DNA from: the human T2T-CHM13v2.0 reference genome, Homo sapiens
Direction: 5' to 3' (one strand)
Assembly (NCBI RefSeq): GCF_009914755.1
Contig: NC_060934.1
Length of the DNA stretch: 64,000 bases
Positions 57,201 to 64,000 of the stretch are shown here, one piece after another (position 1 is the first letter of the stretch; each line of letters begins with the position of its first letter). The notes beneath the pieces were generated by a model. That model searched no databases and was not told the DNA's origin. It worked only from the letters and a program-made list of their open reading frames with translations. Position numbers and translations under genes: made by a program.

Positions 57201-60200
57201 ATGGAATCATCGAATGAAATTGAATGAAATCCTCATCAAATGGAATCGGTTGGAATCATTGAATGAAATCGAATGGAATCATCATCAGATGGAAATGAAT
57301 GGAATCATCATAGAATGGGATCGAATGGATTCATTGAATGGAATCAGATGGAATCATCGAATGGACTTGAATGGAATCATTGAATGGACTCGAATGGAAT
57401 CATTATTGCATGGAATTGAATGGAATCATCGAATGGTCTCGAATGGAATCATTATCAAATGGAATCGAATGGAATCACCGAATAGAATCGAATGGAACAA
57501 TCATCGAATGGACTCAAATGGAATTATCCTCAAATGGAACCGAATGGAATTATCGAATGCAATCGAATGGAATTATCGAATGCAATCGAATAGAATCATC
57601 GAATGGACTCGAATGGAATCATCGAATGGAAGGGAATGGAATAGTCAATGAACTCGAATGGAATCATCATTGAATGGAATCGAATGGAATCATCGAGTGG
57701 AATGGAATGGATTCATGATCAAATGGAATCGAATGGAATCATGATTGAATGGAATCGAATGGAACCATCGAGTGGAATCGAATGGAATCATGATCAAATG
57801 GAATCGAATGTAATCATCCTCAAATGGAATCAAAAATAACAATCATTAATTGGTATTGAATGGAATTGTCATCAAATGGAATTCAAAGGAATCATCAAAA
57901 GGAACCGAATGGAATCCTCATTGAATGGAAATGAAAGGAGTCATCATCTAATGGAATGGCATGGAATCATCATCAAATGGAATCGAATGGAATCATCATC
58001 AAATGGAATCTAACGGAATCCTTGAACGGAATTGAATGGAATCGTCATCGAATGAATTGAATGCAATCATCGAATGGTTTGGAATGGAATCATCATCAAA
58101 TGGAAAGGAATGGAATCATCGCATAGAATCTAATGGAATTATCATTGAATGGACTCGAATGGAATCAACATCAAACAGAATCAAATGGAATTATCGAATG
58201 AAATCGAAGAGAATCATCGAATTGCCACGAATGGAATCATCTAATGGAATGGAATGGAAGAATCCATGACCCCAATGCAATCATCATCGAATAGAATCGA
58301 ATGGAATCATCGAATGGACTCGAATGCAATAACCATTGAAAGGAATCAAATGGAATCATCGTCGAATGGAAATGAAAGGAGTCATCATCTAATGGAATCG
58401 CATGGAATCATCATCAATTGGAATCGAATGGAATCATCATCGAATGGAATCTAATGGAATCATTGAACGGAATTGAATGGAATCGTCATCGAATGTATTG
58501 AATGCAATCATCGAATGGTCTCGAATGGAATCATCTTCAAATGGAATGGAATGGAATCATCGCATAGAATCGAATGGAATTATCATGGAATGGACTCGAA
58601 TGGAATCATCTTATGAAATAGAATGGAATAATCCATGGACTCGAATGCAATCATCATCAAATGGAATCGAATGGAATCATCGAATGGACACGAATGGAAT
58701 AAACATTGAACGGAATCGAATGGAATCATCACCGAATGGAAACGAATGGAATCATCATCGAATGGAATCGAATGGAATCATCAAATGGAATCAGATGGAA
58801 TCATCATCAAATGGAATCGAATAGAATTATGGAATGAAATCCAATGTGATCATCATCGAATGGACTCGAACGGAACCATCATCCAATGGAAACTAATGGA
58901 ATCAACAACGCATGGAATCGAATGGAAACGCCATCGAATTGAAACGAATGGAATTATCATGAAATTGAAATGGATGGACTCATCATCGAATGGATTCGCA
59001 TGGAATCATCGAATGAAATTTATTGAAATCATCATCATATGGAATCGAAAGGAATCATTGAATGGAATCGAATGGAATCATCATCAGATGGAAATGAATG
59101 GAATCATCAGAGAATGGAATCGAATGGATTCATTGAATGGAATCAGATGGAATCATCGAATGGACTTGAGTGGAATCATTGAATGGACTCGAATGGAATC
59201 ATTATTCAAAGGAATTGAATGGAATCATCGAATGGTCTCGAATGGAATCATTATCAAATGGAATCGAATGGAACCACCGAATAGAATCCAATGGAACAAT
59301 CATCGAATGGACTCAAATGGAATTATCCTCAAAAGGAATCGAATGGAATTATCGAATGCAATCGAATGGAATTATCGAATGCAATCGAATAGAATCATCG
59401 AATGGACTCGAATGGAATCGTCGAAAGGAATGGAATGGAATAGTCAATGAACTCGAATGGATCATCATTGAATGGAATCGAATGGAATCATCGAGTGGAA
59501 TCGAATGGAATCATGATCAAATGGAATCGAATGTAATCATCATCAAATGGAATCAAAAATAACCTTCATCAATTGGTATTGAATAGAATTGTCATCAAAT
59601 GGAATTCAAAGTAATCATCATCAAATGGAATCGAATGGAATCATCATCAAATGGAATCTAATGGTATCATTGAACGGAATTGAATGGAATTGGCATTGAA
59701 TGAATTGAATGCAATCATCGAATGGTCTCTAATGGAATCATCTTCAAATGGAAAGGAATGGAATCATCGCATAGAATCGAATGGAATTATCATTGAATGG
59801 ACTAAAATGGAATCAACATCAAACGGAATCAAACGGAATTATCGAATGGAATCAAAGAGAATCATCGAATGGCCACGAATGGAATCATCTAATGGAATGG
59901 AATGGAATAATCCATGGACCCGAGTGCAATCATTCTCGAATAGAATCGAATGGAATAATCGAATGGACTCGAATGGAATAATCATTGAAAGGAATCAAAT
60001 GAAATCATCGTCGAATGGAAACGAATGGAATCATCATCGAATTTAAATGAAAGGAGTCATCATCTAATGGAATGGCATGGAATCATCATCAAATGGAATC
60101 GAATGGAATCATCATCGAATGGAATCTAATGGAATCATTGAACGGAATTGAATGGAATCATCATTGAATGAATTGAATGCAATCATGGAATGGTCTCGAA

Positions 60201-63200
60201 TGGAAACATCTTCAAATGGAATGGAATGGAATCATCGCATAGAATCGAATGGAATTATCATCGAATGGACTCAAATGGAATCAACATCAAACGGAATCAA
60301 ACGGAATTATCGAATGGAATCGAAGAGAATCATCGAATGACCACGAATGGAATCATCTAATGGAATGGAATGGAATAATCCATGGACCCGAATGCAATCG
60401 TCTTCGAATAGAATCGAATGGAATCATCGAATGGACTCGAATGGAATGATCATTGAACGGAATCGAATGGAATCATCGTCGAATGGAAATGAAAGGAGTC
60501 ATCATCTAATGGAATCGCATGGAATCATCATCAAATGGAATCGAATGGAATCATCATCGAATGGAATCTAATGGAATCATTGAACGGAATTGAATGGAAT
60601 CGTCATCGAATGTATTGAATGCAATCATCGAATGGTCTCGAGTGGAATCATCTTCAAATGGAATGGAATGGAATCATCGCATAGAATCGAATGGAATTAT
60701 CATCGAATGGACTCAAATGGAATCAACATCAATCGGAATCCAATGGAATTATCGAATGGAATCGAAGAGAATCATCGAATGGACTCGAATGGAATCATCT
60801 AATGAAATAGAATGGAAGAATCCATGGACTCGAATGCAATCATCATCAAATGGAATCGAATGGAATCGTCGAATGGACTCGAATGCAATAAACATAGAAC
60901 GGAATTGAATGGAATCATCATCGGAGGTAAACGAATGCAATTATCATGGAATGGAATCGAATGGTATCATCAAATGGAATCAGATCGAATCATCATCAAA
61001 TGGAATCGAATAGAATTATGGAATGAAATCCAATGTGATCATCATCGAATGGACTCGAACGGAATCATCATTCAATGGAAACTAATGGAATCAACATCGA
61101 ATGGAATCGAATGGAAACACCATCGAATTGAAACGAATGGAATTATCATGAAATTGAAATGGATGGACTCATCATGGAATGGATTCGAATGGAATCAGCG
61201 AATGAAATTCATTGAAATCATCATCAAATGTAATCGAATGGAATCATTGAATGGAATCGAATGGAATCCACATCAGATGGAAATGAATGGAATCATCAGA
61301 GAATGGAATCGAATGGATTCATTGAATGGAATCAGATGGAATCATCGAATGGACTTGAATGGAATCATTGAAAGGACTCAAATGGAATCATTATTGAATG
61401 GAATTGAATGGAATCATCGAATGGTCTCCAATGGAATCATTATCAATGGAATCGAATGGAATCACCGAATAGAATAGAATTGAACAATCATTGAATGGTC
61501 TCAAATGGAATTATCCTCAAATGGAATCGAATGGAATTATCGAATGCAATCGAATGGAATTATCGAATGCAATTGAATAGAATCAATGAATGGACTCGAA
61601 TGGAATCATCGAATGGAATGGAATGGAATAGTGAATGAACTTGAATGGAATCATCATTGAATGGAATCGAATGGAATCATCGAGTGGAATCGAATTGTAT
61701 CATGATCAAATGGAATCGAATGTAATCATCATCAAATGGAATCAAAAATAACCATCATCAATTGGTATTGTATGGAATTGTCATCAAATGGAATTCAAAG
61801 GAATCATCAAATGGAAAAGAATGGAATCATCATCGAATGGAAGTGAAAGGAGTCATCATCTAATGGAATCGCATGGAATCATCATCAAATGGAATCGCAC
61901 GGAATCATCATCAAATGGAATCTAATGGAATCATCATCGAATGGAATCTAATGGAATCATTGAACAGAATTGAGTGGAATGTTCATCGAATGAATTGAAT
62001 GCAATCATCGAATGGTCTCGAATGGAATCATCTTCAAATGGAAAGGAATGGAATCATCACATAGAATCGAATGGAATTATCATTGAATGGACTCGAATGG
62101 AATCAAAATCACACGGAATCAAATGGAATTATCGAATGCAATCGAAGAGAATCATCGAATGGCCACGAATGGAATCATCTAATGGAATGGAATGGAATAA
62201 TCCAGGGACCCGAATGCAATCACCATCAAATAGAATCGAATGGAATCATCGAATGGACTCGAATGGAATAATCATTGAACAGAATCGAATGGAACCATCG
62301 TCGAATGGAAACGAATGGAATCATCATCGAATGCAAATGAAAGGAGTCATCATCTAATGGAATCGCATGGAATCATCATCAAATGGCATCGAATGGAATC
62401 ATCATCGAATGGAATCTAACGGAATCACTGAACGGAATTGAATGGAATCGTCACCGAATGAATTGAATGCAATCATCGAATGGTCTCGAATGGAATCATC
62501 TTCAAATGGAATGGAATGGAATCTTCGCATAGAATCGAATGGAATTATCATCGAATGTACTCAAATGGAATCAACATCAAACGGAATCAAACGGAATTAT
62601 CGAATGGAATCGAAGACAATCATTGAATGGACTCGAATGGAATCATCTAATGAAATAGAATGGAATAATCCATGGACTCGAATGCAATCATCATCAAATG
62701 GAATCGAATGGAATCGTCGAATGGACTCGAATGCAATAAACATTGAACGGAATCGAATGGAATCATCATCGGAGGTAAACGAATGGAATTATCATCGAAA
62801 GGAATCGAATGGAATCATCAAATGGAATCAGATGGAATCATCATCAAATGGAATCGAATAGAATTATGGAATGAAATCCAATGTGGTCATCATCGAATGG
62901 ACTCGAACGGAATCATCACCCAATGGAAACTAATGGAATCAACATCGAATGGAATCGAATGGAAACGCCATCGAATTGAAACGAATGGAATTATCATGAA
63001 ATTGAAATGGATGGACTCATCATCGAATGGATTCGCATGGAATCATCGAATGAAATTGATTGAAATCATCATCATATGGAATCGAATGGAATCATTGAAT
63101 GGAATCGAATGGAATCATCATCAGATGGAAATGAATGGAATCATCAGAGAATGGAATCGAATGGATTCATTGAATGGAATCTGATGGAATCATCGAATGG

Positions 63201-64000
63201 ACTTGAGTGGAATCATTGAATGGACTCGAATGGAATCATTATTCAAAGGAATTGAATGGAATCATCGAATGGTCTCGAATGGAATCATTATCAAATGGAA
63301 TCGAATGGAATCACCGAATAGAATCGAATGGAACAATCATCGAATGGACTCAAATGGAATTATCCTCAAAAGGAATCGAATGGAATTATCGAATGCAATC
63401 GAATAGAATCATCGAATGGACTCGAATGGAATCGTCGAAAGGAATGGAATGGAATAGTCAATGAACTCGAATGGAATCATCATTGAATGGAATCGAATGG
63501 AATCATCGAGTGGAATCGAATGGAATCATGATCAAACGGAATCGAATGTAATCATCATCAAATGGAATCAAAAATAACCTTCATCAATTGGTATTGAATA
63601 GAATTGTCATCAAATGGAATTCAAAGTAATCATCATCAAATGGAATCGAATGGAATCATCATCAAATGGAATCTAATGGTATCATTGAACGGAATTGAAT
63701 GGAATTGGCATTGAATGAATTGAATGCAATCATCGAATGGTCTCTAATGGAATCATCTTCAAATGGAAAGGAATGGAATCATCGCATAGAATCGAATGGA
63801 ATTATCATTGAATGGACTAAAATGGAATCAACATCAAACGGAATCAAACGGAATTATCGAATGGAATCAAAGAGAATCATCGAATGGCCACGAATGGAAT
63901 CATCTAATGGAATGGAATGGAATAATCCATGGACCCGAGTGCAATCATTATCGAATAGAATCGAATGGAATAATCGAATGGACTCGAATGGAATAATCAT
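54200..64000 (+). repeat. Haplotype-Y domain 3, more diverged toward the window end
   Basis: Mostly Y markers plus many singleton substitutions and small indels (e.g. 57840-57900, 60900-61000, 61440-61500, 61960-61990). A few X-type markers (GGAAACGCCATC at ~58924 and ~62961) are mixed in. Confidence 0.62.

Larger units (their letters stand above)
41..62890 (+). repeat. Kilobase-scale higher-order units marked by the landmark AATTATG(G/T)AATGAAATCCAATGTGATC (33 copies counted)
   Basis: Landmark starts read by eye: 41, 1808, 4301, 6721, 8673, 10030, 13165, 15558, 18030, 19856, 22277, 25290, 27809, 28928, 30753, 33172, 33449, 35870, 38263, 39619, 40852, 42208, 44996, 45874, 47107, 48463, 50359, 52779, 55671, 57026, 58825, 61014, 62862. 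Recurrent spacings are 1355-1357, 1825-1826, 2419-2421 and 1233. Confidence 0.88.
1..64000. repeat. Human Satellite 2 (HSATII/HSat2) tandem array, HSat2A-like; + strand is the GAATG (purine-rich) strand throughout
   Basis: Seen: the entire window is degenerate (GGAAT)n with ATCATCG/ATCG/ACTCG interruptions, giving 23- and 26-bp units; the reverse complement carries CATTCGATTC. CATCGAATGGAAATGAAAGGAGTC recurs (e.g. 3764-3787), which I recall as a commonly used Sat2 PCR primer sequence. Knowledge: CATTCGATTC-rich arrays are HSat2, whereas HSat3 is mainly (CATTC)n. Spacings of 1767 (41->1808) and 1773 (12277->14050, 41320->43093) resemble the ~1.77-kb HSat2A unit. The subfamily call is inference and less certain than the family call. 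Confidence 0.97.

Noticed and set aside
60749-60940. Only minus-strand ORF (63 aa), a possible inversion or antisense gene
   Set aside because: The + strand is still GAATG-oriented here. The ORF is a chance product of point variants in the CATTC strand.
22-63996. Many + strand ORFs of 60-234 aa (MESSSNGIEWNH..., e.g. 56947..57651, 58746..59450, 23212..23796)
   Set aside because: They are translations of GGAAT-derived repeats. They overlap in several frames with the same low-complexity peptides, homologous copies are broken by stops and frameshifts, and there is no recognisable domain or gene context. ATG is part of the repeat itself.
1-64000. CRISPR-like repeat/spacer array or repeat-protein gene cluster
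   Set aside because: There are no unique spacers between constant repeats, no cas or other genes, and no prokaryotic features. Everything is mutually homologous satellite.
1-64000. HSat3, alpha satellite or telomeric repeat assignment
   Set aside because: Pure (GGAAT)n runs are only about 3-4 units and TCGA-containing 23/26-mers dominate, which indicates HSat2. There is no 171-bp monomer, CENP-B box or TTAGGG tract.
1-64000. Embedded transposon (Alu/L1/ERV), unique island or strand switch
   Set aside because: None seen on reading through: no poly-A tails, GC-rich stretches or CATTC-oriented segments. A very short insertion could be missed by eye.
1-64000. Specific chromosome or species assignment (e.g. 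human 1q12 or 10q11)
   Set aside because: Cannot be determined without alignment to T2T assemblies. The irregular periods differ from a uniform 1.77-kb array, so no locus is claimed.

Overview
The whole 64 kb window is one uninterrupted, single-orientation array of classical pericentromeric Human Satellite 2 (HSATII/HSat2), read on its purine-rich GAATG strand. It is built from ~23/26-bp degenerate units such as AATGGAATCATCATCGAATGGAATCG and is rich in TCGA CpG sites. It looks like the HSat2A type (kb-scale units related to the ~1.77-kb Sat2 repeat), but the host species (human or another great ape) and the chromosome cannot be fixed from sequence alone. I see no genes, RNA genes, transposon insertions, CRISPR arrays or inversions. 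All listed ORFs are translations of the satellite. I did not find a novel protein-coding or RNA system. The real structure is the internal architecture: (1) unit lengths follow a modular rule of about 1357 + n x 468 + m x 595 bp; (2) two sequence haplotype families, here called X and Y, alternate in multi-kb domains; (3) recurrent deletion junctions were amplified as cassettes; (4) there is a recent 2393-bp tandem duplication, several non-adjacent duplications up to 46 kb apart, and mosaic units that switch donor. All coordinates and offsets were read by eye or taken from the ORF track, not computed by alignment.
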